From NCBI GenBank assembly GCA_013239625.1, contig MU053557.1, positions 3,812,123 through 3,876,122 on the forward strand: a stretch of DNA of 64,000 nucleotides, given 5' to 3'. Below, piece by piece: positions 1 through 12,295 of the stretch. This stretch comes from Lama guanicoe. Its lineage: Eukaryota. Every line of letters begins with the position of its first letter. Position 1 is the first letter of the stretch. The notes beneath the pieces are model-generated. The model saw only the letters and a program-made list of their open reading frames with translations, was not told where the DNA came from and searched no databases. Position numbers and translations under genes: made by a program.

Positions 1-1180
1 TCCCCTCTTGAGGCCCTTCCACCTGCTCCTTAAAGGAGAGGCACCAGCCACAAAGGAGGACATTACATCTCTCCTCCTTTCCGAGGTGGGTCAATGGGGG
101 TACATGTTGTAGGGAGTGTGGGCATTTGGCACTACGCTCTAGTGCAGCTGGATCTTCCATGAGTGACGCTCCATCCCTGAAGGAATTCAGAGATGCCAGG
201 AAGAGATGGGGGGGTGTTTAGCAAAAACATGGAGTCCAGGACTGTCTCAGGAGCAATCAGAGTAGACGGCTCTGGACATTGTGCCAAAAGCCCCCAGCCC
301 CTCTAGAAAGCGGAGTACTCTGGAGACATTTCAGTGTCTCCGATTAACACCTATCACCGTGACATGTTGGCAAAGGTTATGTAAATTACCTATCAACATA
401 CGCTACAGAGCAGAGGGAAGCGCTATCAGACGTAGGGAGGACCAGGTCACTTCTGCAGGGTTAGGAAGATACGGAGGGTTCGATGTAGTCCTTGGTCAGG
501 CCCTGGAACTGCCATGTACCATTCTTTAGGGTCAGAAAGGCTGCTACAAGGATTCACTGACTGACATTGTCCTTTCTGCATCTGGATGAAAGAGCTTTGG
601 AACTCCTGTGAGATGGCATGGGGTTTTTTTTTTTCTCTCCCTTGCATTCTCTCTGAATGCTCCAAGAGAGTCTAGCTTTCCAAGTCAGAAGATTCTCAGC
701 ACAGCCAAGTATGCCTGGAGTAACAGAAACCTTTGTCTTAATCTCAAAAGGCAATCTCTGCTTCATGACCAAATGCAGCCCTGCTTCCTCTATTGAGAAG
801 CTCTGGTCTAGAAGCCCCCAGCAGCCTCATCATTTCCCTTGTAACCCCTCAAACAAAAAATTTTTGAGAAAAAAATAAAATAACTCCTTATTAAAATAAT
901 ACAATTATTCCCAAAGAGCAATCTCTGATTTTCTTCTATCTTCTAAGTAGTCACAGATCTGTCATTGAGATCTACACTTTTATTTACGACTAGCCAAGGT
1001 TTAACTTTTCCTGAGCATTTGTTCTTAGGGAAGGAGGATACAAGGGGCAGGCTAGAGATGGGTATTCACTTCAAAAGGGGTCTAATCTCCTGATTACCTC
1101 CTCTTTGGTGACTGGATCAGAAGGCAACAGCCTGAAGCAATAGCTCAGAGCATCATTCTAAGGACATGCCAGGAGGAAAA

Positions 1181-1250
1181 ATGGCCAAATCCTTCCCAGC
1201 ACTCTGCTCACTTTTTTTCTTTATCCTGACACATTCGGCGTTATCATCTG
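1181..1250 (+). CDS. SPINK14: SPINK14 coding exon 1 (signal peptide MAKSFPALCSLFFFILTHSALSS + 1 nt)
   Basis: ATG at 1181 in aaaATGg context; hydrophobic leader resembling the recalled human SPINK14 start (MAKSFP...); phase-1 donor GTGAGT at 1251. An in-frame ATG also lies at 1166. Confidence 0.93.
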
Positions 1251-2136
1251 GTGAGTAATGTGGCTGTTGGTAGGCATGGAAGGTTGATCAGTGGGCTCTG
1301 ACATTATAATCTGAAAGAGAATGCTTTGAAATTCTTATCTATGTATTTTTTTAATTTATTTAAGTGTATCACTTTATGTATTTATCTGCATTTATATAGA
1401 GAGACAATGCAGTGTGATCAAAAAACAGGGGGAGGGTTCTGGGCCAATGGGCAGGGGCCTTAGTTTCCCATCTGTCAATGCAGATAATAAGACCTGACTC
1501 ATGGGGACGAGTGGGCTTTGGTGATTTAGTGAGTAACTTGTGAAAGTGACTGACAATATGCCTCTACTCTAGTGCATCTCAAAAATTCAGAACTTAAAAA
1601 AATGCTTTGCCATATATCTGAGTGGGTTACTATCTTTTGCATCCTTTTTTAAGAGAAGTCATGTAGGGAGTTATAAAGAGACCAAGCTTCAAGAACTGAA
1701 GAACTTGTTTTTTTTCCATATCTGCCATGAATTCTTGGGCATTTCATAAAATATGGGGATTGGGTTAAAAGATCTCTTGAAAGTTCCAGCATTTCTTAAT
1801 TTCTTTCATACACTGGCTGCTGGTTCTGAATCCTCTCAAGCCCAGGCTAATTACTGTTAGTCAAAAAATTTTTGGTACACAGGACAGGCAACATTTATGA
1901 AAACAATGATGCGTCTAGATAGTTCTCTGCTGATTATCTACCAGGAATAAAAGAGTTATTCCACATTTGGAAAAAATGAATGAATGAATATATATATATA
2001 TATAAATGAAACCATGTTTTCAATTATTACAAGCTTTCTTGTTAGCATATTGGAACTCTTTTCTTTTGCCAACAGATTAAGCTATGATTTCCCAGATAAT
2101 AGATTCTGTAACTATTTTCATTTGTTATGGTTTCAG

Positions 2137-2174
2137 GCCCTCAACACTGGTGGCCACCAAATGGAATTATTAAG
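2137..2174 (+). CDS. SPINK14: SPINK14 coding exon 2 (GPQHWWPPNGIIK)
   Basis: tttcAG acceptor at 2135-2136 and GTAATC donor at 2175; the 38 nt exon keeps the frame; HWWPP motif characteristic of SPINK14. Confidence 0.88.
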
Positions 2175-2949
2175 GTAATCTTTCTCTAGATTTCCCAGAA
2201 ATGAGATTCCAACCTCAGCTGTCTTTGGAATTGCTATTTTAGAATCCTACTGGGAGAAGGTCATATGTGATATTCATCAAGGTGCACTCACAAGAATGTG
2301 GCAGGCACCCTGCAGGTATAGAAGCCCAGAGTAGCGTAATCCTAACTGGGACCCAGGCTGAGATTTGGTCATTGGTAAACCAGGGAACCCTCAGTAGTGC
2401 CTAGAAAATGTTTATGGACACTGACAGTTGCCAGGGGCAGGGCAGGTTTTTAAAGGCCCACAGACATGGGTATAACACGGTTCCTGCTCTCAAGGGGCTG
2501 ACAGTTTGGTGCAAAGAATGCTCCTAACTGCCCTGAGACATGCAGAGAATGCCTACGTGAGTTGTTAATGGCAGACACATCCTATGAGAGACAGTTTGAG
2601 GATGTCAAGGAACAGGGTATCTCTGAAGAGAGCCTCAAATTCTATTCATAACTTGTATGAGGGCAAAGTGAAAAAGACACTTTTTTCCTTTTCACCTACC
2701 CCTCTGATCACGGAATATATTGTGAGGTCAATTATATGTTTGATAAATGAGGGAAAAGGTGAATGAAAGACTGTTTTGGTTTTTTGATGTGGATCTGCAT
2801 CACTGTACTTCACTTTAGGAGTATTTGCATTTTAAGATTTTGTCTCATTAGTAAATTTTATTTCTTAAAAAAATACATTCATGAGTTGACTGGTGAGAAA
2901 GATGTTTTGAGGGCCTTGAAGGCACCCACAGATCAGAGCGTAGAATCTG

Positions 2950-3420
2950 GTCAGAGGCTCCAGCTCCAGCAAAAGAACCTGTAGAATCTGTCTGGGGTTT
3001 ATACTCTGGGGTTTTCCTCTTCAGTCTCATTCTTAGTTATTTTTCCAAGAAATACTTATCGCCCATACTGTGCCCTAGGATACAATGTTGAGGAAAACAC
3101 AGTCCCTTCTCTCATGAAGCTTAATAGCCAGAATAAAGGAAGAGAGCGCCTTATTTATGGTAAACTCTATAAAGAAAAGCAGGCTGGTACAGCAGAGAGT
3201 ATCGAGTGAAAGTAGAGACACTACTGTCAGCAGTGTGATCAGTGAAGGCTTCTTGGGCATGGGAACATCTAAGTGAGACGTGAAGGGTGAAAAGGAGCCA
3301 TCCGGGTGGCGAACAGGGAGGAACATTCACCTACTTGCATCACTGACTGAAGGCCTGTGTGATTGGAACACCGAGATGGGGGGAGAGAGGGTGCAGCTGA
3401 CGTTACAGCGACACAGCACA
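2950..3420 (-). mobile_element. L2 fragment in SPINK14 intron 2
   Basis: Degenerate antisense L2 3' motifs (tactgtgccctaggatacaatg, cttctctcatgaagcttaatag); boundaries approximate. Confidence 0.5.
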
Positions 3421-4935
3421 TGAATGTGTATCCTAGCCACCTGGTGAATATACATCTCACTCTAAAGAGGGAAAAAAAGCTGTATTTACAGACGATACTA
3501 CCTAATATTATTATTATTTGATTACTCAACATTCATCTACTTTGAACTATTTTTATCTTATTCATTTTGCAGATACTCACAGGGCAATGACTAAGTGCCG
3601 ATACATGTGCTGGCTGGTCTGATCAGACACAGACTTTATCCGCATGGACTTATAATCCTTCAGGGTATAGAATTAGTCAAATAATTATACAAATGCTTTA
3701 TGACCTACTGATTAGAAGTATAAGAAGAACGGAAAGTTGGGGTTGTATTTTGAGAAGTACCTCTGAGAAAGTAGGTTATAATCTGAAGGCAGTATTGAGT
3801 CTAAGTTCAGGAAAAAGAGAAAACATTTGATGGGAGTAGTCATGACAAACCAGAAGACCCTGAGATGGAGGAGGCATGGAGCATCTGAAGGGGGAAAAAA
3901 ACTATAAAATGCAAAGAGCAAGGTGGTAAAGGCAAGGTTATAAAAATTGGTAGGGTACAGACCACATAGGGCCTTTTGCCCAAACTAAGAGCAATTTTTT
4001 TATGTGCAGTAAAATGCATTTGAAGGAGCTGAATTACATGAATAAAATGATTCAGTTGATGATTATAGAAAACAGCGGCCATAAAGGAACAGAGGAAGGA
4101 GGGATTTGCTGGGTGACAGATGGACAGGAGGCAAATAAATGGTGGTGGTGTCGGATAAGGGAAGAAAGAAGAGTTTCTCAGCTCAGATATGATCTCTCTT
4201 TCTCTAAATACTCAGCCCAAACTCTTTCCCACCTTCTGTCAGAGGTACTTTATCCACCTTATGGTACTACTCATAGAGCCCCTGAGATGGCCGTCCTCAA
4301 GCTCAGTCATCCCAGAGTCACTGCTTCCGAGCCATCCCTGGTCCCAGCACAGCAAGCAGACGTGGGTTCCAGCCCCTGCTGAGACAGCCCCTCTCCTTTG
4401 TTTTCAGTTTTCTCTACAAAATCAGGGTGTCATTCTAAATGCTCTTACATTTCACAACTTCAAGGTAAGAGCCTGGAGGCTCTCTGAGTAGATAAGATGT
4501 GACAAATATTTTAAGTTAAGGCACACAGATTTCAGTGAAACTTCTTTTCCAATTCTGGGGTTTCAGTCTCCTTAGCTGAGTTGCCACAGAAAATCTCTAA
4601 GACTAACCCCAAGTCTAACAGTCTGGGAATGAAGGAAATTGAGAGAGAAAGAAGCCACATTCCCCGAATCCATCCTGTTTATGCACTCTTCCTTTTCCCA
4701 CGACAGCACAGCAGGCCTCCTTTCTCTACTCCCGTCAGGAGGTCCTGACACCGAGGGCATCACGCTGTGAGCAGATGGGACTCACGTAGGCTCTGGTTCC
4801 CTTGCTTTGTGGAGGGGGAGCTAGAGAGCTTTTGTCAGACTGGGATATGATCCCACATTTAGATTTTCCTAATACAGTCCGGAGGCATCTGTGAGTGTGA
4901 TTCTAATCGGATCACTCTTTGCAACTCAATTTCAG

Positions 4936-5072
4936 GTGAAATGTCCATATAAGAAAGTAGACTTGAGTTGGTTCAGAGGAACAGCGAACCCCTGCCCTGG
5001 CGTGTATCAACCCATCTGTGGCACCAATTTTGTAACCTATGAAAACCCTTGCATCCTGTGTGTTGAGAGCTT
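4936..5072 (+). CDS. SPINK14: SPINK14 coding exon 3, Kazal core (VKCPYKKVDLSWFRGTANPCPGVYQPICGTNFVTYENPCILCVES)
   Basis: ttcAG acceptor, GTGAGT donor at 5073; Kazal cysteines I-V in the pattern C-x7-C-x6-Y-x-N-x-C-x2-C; overlaps ORF 4891..5076. Confidence 0.96.
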
Positions 5073-6037
5073 GTGAGTACTGTTGGGGGAAAAGAAGAGA
5101 AATACGAAAAAGCTTAGTCCATGGCAATTACCATCTATCTTTTCTACCAAGTATATCAGCCTTGAAGCCAGGAATTGGCTCCAGCTCACTCAGATAACAA
5201 TCAGCCCGCACTCAGGAGAACACGTAATAACACAAAGGCCACTGGAGGAGAAAGCAGGCTTGCTGTACTCAGTGCTCTCTGTCGGGCCCTTTCTTCTCTC
5301 TCAGTCCTCACATTCCCGTGTGCCAACTGAGGATGTTTTACCTGAGGCTTCAAATACCCCTTGAGTCCTTGAAATTCTTTGATTTTAAGACAAACTGCAG
5401 TTTTGCCTTCTCTCAGGCATCTTTAACCTCTTATGTGTCTGAAACTCTGAGCTAGGATGAGGTGACTACAAAGTGTGGGTCCTTTAGCTAAGAGTCAGTG
5501 TTTAGTTTGGGGATTGACGTGACATGATTATCAGTGATTAGACCCTCAGCTTTCACAAAACTGTGGCTGCAGGGTTGACCCAAGATTCCTGCAGTTCCCA
5601 AGGAGAAAAATCTCTCCCTATGGCATCAGACAGGAGCCCCTCTACCCGATGAGCATTTTGTAATTTTTTACAAAGAGCAATGACAGGAATGTGTAAACCC
5701 CAAGCTGTCCCCGCTAGTGAGGAATTCAGCCAAAGTGTCAGAGTGCTGACATAACATGATGAAGATTGATAAGCCTCACCTATCACAAGCTCAGGTCTCA
5801 TTAAATAACTTATTTTCAAAGAGACTGTAGTAGGGGTCATAGGATCCTCAGTGGCATCTTAGAATCACAGAAGGAGGACAGGGTAGAAAAGCTAGTACCC
5901 TGGCTTATATCTGCAGTCAGTTCCCCTCGTGCTCTTACTTCCTCAAATATAAAGTAAGGGTGGTAAGATAATTTTAAAAGTATTTCTGGAGCTCTGACAT
6001 TCTATTAATGAAGTATTTACTCCAATTCTTCCTTTAG

Positions 6038-6083
6038 GAAATCTCAGGGGAAAATTAGGTTTCTACGTGATGGAAAATGTTAG
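6038..6083 (+). CDS. SPINK14: SPINK14 coding exon 4 (LKSQGKIRFLRDGKC-stop)
   Basis: tttAG acceptor at 6036-6037, phase 2; ends with Kazal Cys VI and TAG at 6081-6083; spliced CDS is 291 nt, 96 aa. Confidence 0.95.
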
Positions 6084-6270
6084 CTGAGTGGATTCAAATG
6101 TAAAAGAAGAGCCTTCGCTTCTTTCCATCAAGAAAATCCTTCTCTGCAACTCACCCCTCCTTGCATTGTTCTCAGTGACAGAGAGCTGCCCTGCTGAGCT
6201 TGTATCAGACAGCCCAAGAGTCCTTCTTTACCTCTCCCCTCACTGATTCACTGCCTTCCATATTCTCCCT

Positions 6271-6280
6271 AATAAATAAA
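6271..6280 (+). terminator. SPINK14 polyadenylation signal (two overlapping AATAAA)
   Basis: aataaataaa about 190 nt after the stop codon. Confidence 0.75.
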
Positions 6281-6810
6281 CTTTTCTGCAAGTCTCACTT
6301 AACGTGGGTCTCAAATCTGTGTCTCAAGTCTTGGAAGTAGAACAAAATGAACATTTGAACAAAAGCTCAAAGACAAACATGGGGCTTAATCAGGTCACTG
6401 GGACAGTAAACTGTGGAGCAATCTATATAAAGGCTCCAGGTTGTCTTCCAAGGAACACAACAGAAATTTCTGCCTTATTCCTCTGGAATTTTTTTTAAAA
6501 CATCAATTAATAGGAATTATGGAGCTTTGTGCTCTTCCTGGCCATTCCTATTGCTCACTTTCCACAATTCCTCATTAAACAACCTCACTTTTATACTCAG
6601 TCTTGAAGCAGAGGCATTTATGCATGTCTGGCTTACATCAGCAGGGCCCCATATTTTCACCAGCCCCACTTTTCTCTATAGAAGGAGGTCTATATCAGTG
6701 GTATCCATGAATGTCCCATTGGTCACTAGTCTTTTTCTTAAGTTCTTTTGACACATTTTAACCTCTGAAACATATAGGGACATGTTTTTCTTTGGGTTAT
6801 ATTCTCTCTC

Positions 6811-6814
<4 letters not shown>

Positions 6815-6852
<38 letters not shown>
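6815..6852. repeat. (TA)n(CA)n microsatellite
   Basis: Directly visible dinucleotide runs. Confidence 0.9.
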
Positions 6853-6853
<1 letters not shown>

Positions 6854-7269
6854 TTATATGAAATATATATAAATATATATTCACACACTCATTTTATACG
6901 GAAAGAAGACTAATATACACTAACATGCTCTCTCTCCCTCAGCAGTTTGCTCCCAATTGGCAAAGAGTATCTCTTTTGCCTCTGAATAGACTGTAAGACT
7001 ATGGTCAGATTGTTTATACGTTCTGTTGGCTCTTTGAGATTAACTACCATGATCATTAGAGAGAAGACACGTGGCTCCAATCGAAAGGAAACAGTCACCT
7101 TTGGTCTGTCATTGTTAGAATATGAAAAGCAAATAGCTCTGGGGACAATGAGATATTCTCTACTCTACAGCAGGCCTGGTTCCATCACTCTGAGTGATGG
7201 GCCACACAGGAGCAGGCAAACCTCCAAGGAAGTTTGTTTTCCAACACCACTGCTTTGACTTCATGTTCA

Positions 7270-8180
7270 CAAATCTTTTTTTCTGCAGTAATCACTGCCA
7301 TTAATACCATTCAGTAGATTTTTCATATCAAACATTTTAATTTTCATCTCTACAAGTTTGATTTATATCGTCCATATTTCTAACTTTTTGAACATCTAGA
7401 ATATAGTTACGATAACTAACTTTATGACTTTATCTGCTAATTAAAATATCTGTGTCCATTTTAGGTTGGATGCTTCTCTTCTCATTATAGATTATATTTT
7501 TATGAATTTTACCTTGTTTGGTTCTAAATATTTTTGTATTTCTAGAATTACTCTTCAGCTTTCTTCTGAGTTATAGCACAATTACTTGGAAACAATCGGA
7601 TCCTCTGGAACTTTGCTTGTAAGAGTCAGGTGGGATCAGTACAGTATTCACTAAGTGGGCTAATTATCCTCATTCCCTGAAGCAAGAGTCTTTTGAATAC
7701 TCTACTCAGCGCACCAGGGGTGATAACGTTTTCTAGTCTGGCTAATAGGAACAAGCACCATGACCAGCTCTACATAAGAGCTGGGCTCTGTTGTCTCTAA
7801 TCCTCTCTGAGGTTCTTTCTTACCTTGGGCAGTTTCCTCACACACAAGCACTAATCAGTAATCTGCTGAGCTCTCTAATGCTCTGCAATGCTGTGGTCCT
7901 GCAAACTATAGTCACCTTGGTCCCTTTCCCCTCAGCTCTAAGTCAATTCAGGGCATCCACTTGCTCCATCTGGATTCCTCTTTCCTATTTCTAGAATCTC
8001 TTCCAAGGCAGAAACCAAAGCCAATCACAGAGCTCACCATATTTGTTTCTCAACTCTCTGGAATCAGCACCCTTCATTGCCTGATGTCATGTCATTCTTT
8101 ACTTTGTCTGATTTTTCGTCTTTTCAGCTAGGAAGTATATCTAGTTTCTCTTACTCCGTATTATCTGAAAGTAGAAGTCA
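7270..8180 (-). mobile_element. Ancient L1 (L1MC/L1M-like) 5' region fragment
   Basis: Loosely resembles the reverse complement of the L1 5' region at 52110-52900; boundaries approximate. Confidence 0.5.
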
Positions 8181-8875
8181 GCTTTATCTTTATCATGTCA
8201 TCGTGCCCATGCTTACCTCTGATACCTTCTGAAGTCTAGACTAGAGTACAATGCCATTATCTTACTTTTTCTAAGAATTGCAAAGGATAAGATTGTGCTC
8301 TGTAACAATTTTTTTCTAGGGGGGAATAACACATTTACTTAAATTTGCTATACACAATAGTGAAAAGAACTTTCATAATAATATTTTTTTCCTGTCATTT
8401 GATAGTAGACATTTTCGAAAAAGGAAGGGAGGTCATGTGCAAGACTTCCTTCTTCAGTGCAACCCCTAAAAGCTGCTCATTTGCACACATATCCTCCCAC
8501 TGCCAAGAAAGGAGCTGCCCCCTTAGCATTCCTGGCTCTGCCATCCCCTGCCTCTGCTTTCTCTCTCTTGCTCTCCCTCTCTGGTAGATGTTTTGAATTT
8601 TGAAATCCATGTATGTATTTCCCTCTGTTTTTCACCCTCTAATTATTGCTCAGTCCCAGGGCTTTGTCACAGCCACCTTCTCTCTACCCATCCCACTTCC
8701 TCTGCTTGATCATCATACTCATAACTGTAACTACTCTATTACCCCTCTACCTACAACTCACAAATTCACATCATGGGACTGTATCCATCTTTTTAGTATC
8801 AGATACCAAACATATTAATTTAATTGGCTCACGGAATTTTAAAAATCAGTCTGTCCAATATGAGTTCTATTTTAT

Positions 8876-9001
8876 GGGGGAGGGTATAGCACAAGCAGAA
8901 GAGCACATGCTTACCATGCACAAGGTCCTGGGTTCACTCCCCAGAGTCTTCTCTAAAAATAAATAAATCTAATTACCTCTCCCTACCAAAAAAAAATAAT
9001 A
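8876..9001 (+). mobile_element. tRNA-derived SINE, camelid Vic-1 type
   Basis: GGGGAGGGTATAGC head with A box, GGTTCACTCC B box, aataaatctaattacctc tail and poly(A); perfect 14 bp TSD atgagttctatttt at 8860-8873 and 9002-9015. Confidence 0.9.
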
Positions 9002-10389
9002 ATGAGTTCTATTTTCTTTCTTTTTGAATGGGCTCCTCCATGTGTTTTGAGTTAATGAAAGTTAGTCACTACTCTTGAGCCCTTTCTCACTCAAACTCAA
9101 TTTCAATATATCATTTCTATATATTTCTTATTTCAAGTATAAATTAAACCCATAAGCATGTGCTTAATCCAAGTCTTCATCGCGTTTCAGCGGGTTATTT
9201 TTATAGTCTTATTAACTATTACTTCAGCCTCCATTCTCTCCTCCCAGCCATCATTCTGCCTCCATTCTGTAACGATTTAAATACGAGCTGTTTTAAAAAG
9301 AACTCTCTTGTGTGTGTTATGATAACAAACATTTTATTGTGTCATCTGCTACAAGCACTCTCAAGCCCAACTTCACCCGTAATAGCTCTTGAAGGACTTT
9401 TAACAAACCCTATTTCCCCACAAGGTGGCAGTAAAGTGCTGCCGTTTAAACCAGTAACTGACTAGCTCTATGGCCAACTCACTGCATACCGATGATGTGA
9501 TTTGGGGCAAGCTGCTAATGCTCTGTGAGCTACATATTTCTCAACACTTAGAGTGGTGATAATAATAGCATATACTTGATTTTGAGGAGAGGTAAAGCTC
9601 CAAAAAGTTTAAATAGGGATGCCCAGATGAGTAACAAATGGGGGCAAAATCCTAGGTAGAAGCAAGAGGGCTGTCCTTCTTTGCCTGCTTACAAATGCCC
9701 ATGTCTGAATCCAAGTAAGGGGGAGAGCTTGAGATGAAGAGAGCTGGCAGCAATTTCTGATGTTATTTTTCTATTTTCCTTCTTCCCAGGAAGGTGAGAT
9801 CTCCCAACCCAGTCCATGCTGAGCTCTTATTTAGGTTTCACATTGGACGAGAGACTTGAGAAATGTTTCTTTCTAATGAACTAAATGTTACTCTTATAAT
9901 TCTATGAAGTCCTTTCTTTTTCTCTTGATTAGATCCTTTTTACCCAAAGAAAGTTAATCAACTCCAAGACCCAAACTGTTAACTATACATTTTCCAAACA
10001 AAAATTAGGAATTACTTGGAGTGTGGGTCTGTATAGGCAGCCAGCATTAGCAGCAGGCTCACTGTTATCTAAACTATCTTGCAAAAAATAAAACAACCTA
10101 CGCTGTAGATAATTTTCTTCAATTTAAATTTAAAATTTTTAATATTATTTTCCTCTAGAATAGTAATATATACTCTTCAAGAAGAACTTAAAAACCACGG
10201 ATAAGCAAATTTTAATTAAAAGAATAATATTAGGCAAACTATTACAACTAGGACTTACTGTAGTTAATCTTAGATGAACATCTTTCCTGAACTCTTCCTC
10301 TTTCTCTGTCTCCTAGTGACTAAGTGTATAGATCGAGTGCAATGGAAATAATATCATAAAAACAGGATCACACTATACGTGCTACTTTT

Positions 10390-11305
10390 GAAATGACACT
10401 TTGCTGAAAACAAGGTCAATATGCAAAATAAGAAATTATATTCTAAATGTGTGGATAATAGAAAATAAAACATTAAAAAGGTATTTCCCAGAATATCAAA
10501 AATAGCAAATGTATAAGGAAAAACAACTCTAAAAAAGGCGTGTATGATCTCTATCCTGAATATTACAAGACATTAATCAAAGATTTTTTTTTAAAAAAAA
10601 CTCTAAATAAAATGGAAGTATATACTCATTTATCAAACAATTCAATACTGTTTGATGAGGTACATTCACCTCTGTTTTATAGATTCAATATAATATTACT
10701 CAAAACAGGTAATCTTTTTTTGAGAGAATAACAATGTGATTTTCAAATCTGCATGAAATGTAATAGGAATAAAGAGTAGACAACATAATCCTGAGGAAAA
10801 ATGAAGATGGAGGGCTTACACTACCAGGTAACAAGACTTACTGTCAAGTAATAACAATTTTAAAAAATACACTGATGCAAAGATAGACAAAGAGACCACT
10901 GAGATGAAATTTAGAGTCCAGAAACAGACCCACACGTATACAATCTATGTGATTAATGACAAAAGACACCGCAAAATCATGAAAGAGAATATCCTTCCAT
11001 GTACACATGGGATATGCACATGGGAGAATATGAATATTGACTCATCTTTAATTTAAATTGATATTAAAAATAATTCAAAAATCTTTTGAAAGGAAATATA
11101 TCTTCATTAACTTAGTGTATGAAAATATTGCTCAAATTGGCAAAAAATTCCACCAAGCCTAAGTCAAACTATGGTGAACCGTGAAATATTAAAATTAAGA
11201 ACATCAGTTCATCAAAATACACCATTAGTAGAGTAAAAAGTAAGCCACCAACTAGGAGAAAATGTTTCCAACACATATCCAACAAGTGGCTCATACCAGA
11301 AATAG
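10390..11305 (+). mobile_element. Degenerate ancient L1 ORF2 3' fragment
   Basis: L1 motifs such as tatagattcaat, ccagaaacagacccacac and aaattaagaacatcagttcatcaaaa; many stops. Confidence 0.7.
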
Positions 11306-11889
11306 GTGCTGTGAAGTTTGAGATTAAATAAGGAGAGCTCAGCTAGACAGAATATATCCTTTGTCAGAAGAATCTGGCTGTCTCTGCTTTCTCTCCTTTT
11401 AAATTGTCATGAACAGTAATATATCTTAAGCACACGGAAAATATAGCTTAGTGATTCATTTATTCCCCCATTTTGGTCTGGAACTTGGGAGTCTAAGTTT
11501 CCATCAAAGAGGACTAGATCTAACTTCTGAATTCACTTCTTTCAACTTTCATTTCATGGTGTCTCTTTTCATTCTTTAAGTCTCCAAGCTATCAGAAGAG
11601 GAAAACAATAAAAATGCCCTCTTCCTAGTCTTCAAATAGTCTTACTTGTGAAAAACTTTCAGAGTTTTGTAATCTCATTATTTTCCATCTGAGGGTAAAT
11701 TTCAGGTTAGAAGTTACGTTTTGACATATCAGATTTTTCCCCCCTATTTTCAAATTTTGCAATGTACTTTACAACCTGGACCCTATGTATTTTTTTGATA
11801 CTGACAAAAAATTTTGACACTCTTTTCATTTTGTTTAAATTTAGAAGAAGGCAATTCTGTGGTCTGATTTCACTCTGCCATCGTGCTTT

Positions 11890-12295
11890 GGTGATCTACT
11901 GCTAAACAGCAAATACTCCAAAACTGAGTGGCTTAAAGCAATTATAACAATTTGTTGTTTTCACAATATGGGGGGTTGACTAATTCTGCTTCACATGGGG
12001 TCAGCTGGAGTGCTGATGTGGGTGGAAGTTTCAAAACAGCCTTACTCACAGAGCTGCAGTTGGTACCTCCTGGTAACATGAAGCTCAGTGGTACTGTCAC
12101 CTGGGAGTATCTGTTCTTTTCTATTCAGCCTCTCTGCCATAAAGAATATTAACTCAATTTCAACATAATTTCTAGCTAGCTGGAAAGGCTGTCCTGTGCC
12201 CTGAGCTTTTCATCTACATTCTTGAAAAGTGGATAATTCTTTTGGTTTACTTCTCCCTTCCCTAATCTTATTGACAGTTAAAAGAACCACATGGC
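11890..12295. mobile_element. MaLR (MLT1-like) LTR fragments
   Basis: ccaaaactgagtggcttaaagcaa motif typical of MLT LTRs. Confidence 0.5.

Noticed and set aside
8876..8950. tRNA-like sequence
   Set aside because: It has a SINE tail, poly(A), a TSD and degenerate stems, so it is a SINE head rather than a tRNA gene.
9762..9800. Polypyrimidine tract, cAG, GAAG, GTGAGA as a possible 4 nt microexon
   Set aside because: Intergenic, downstream of the SPINK14 poly(A) signal, with no partner exons.
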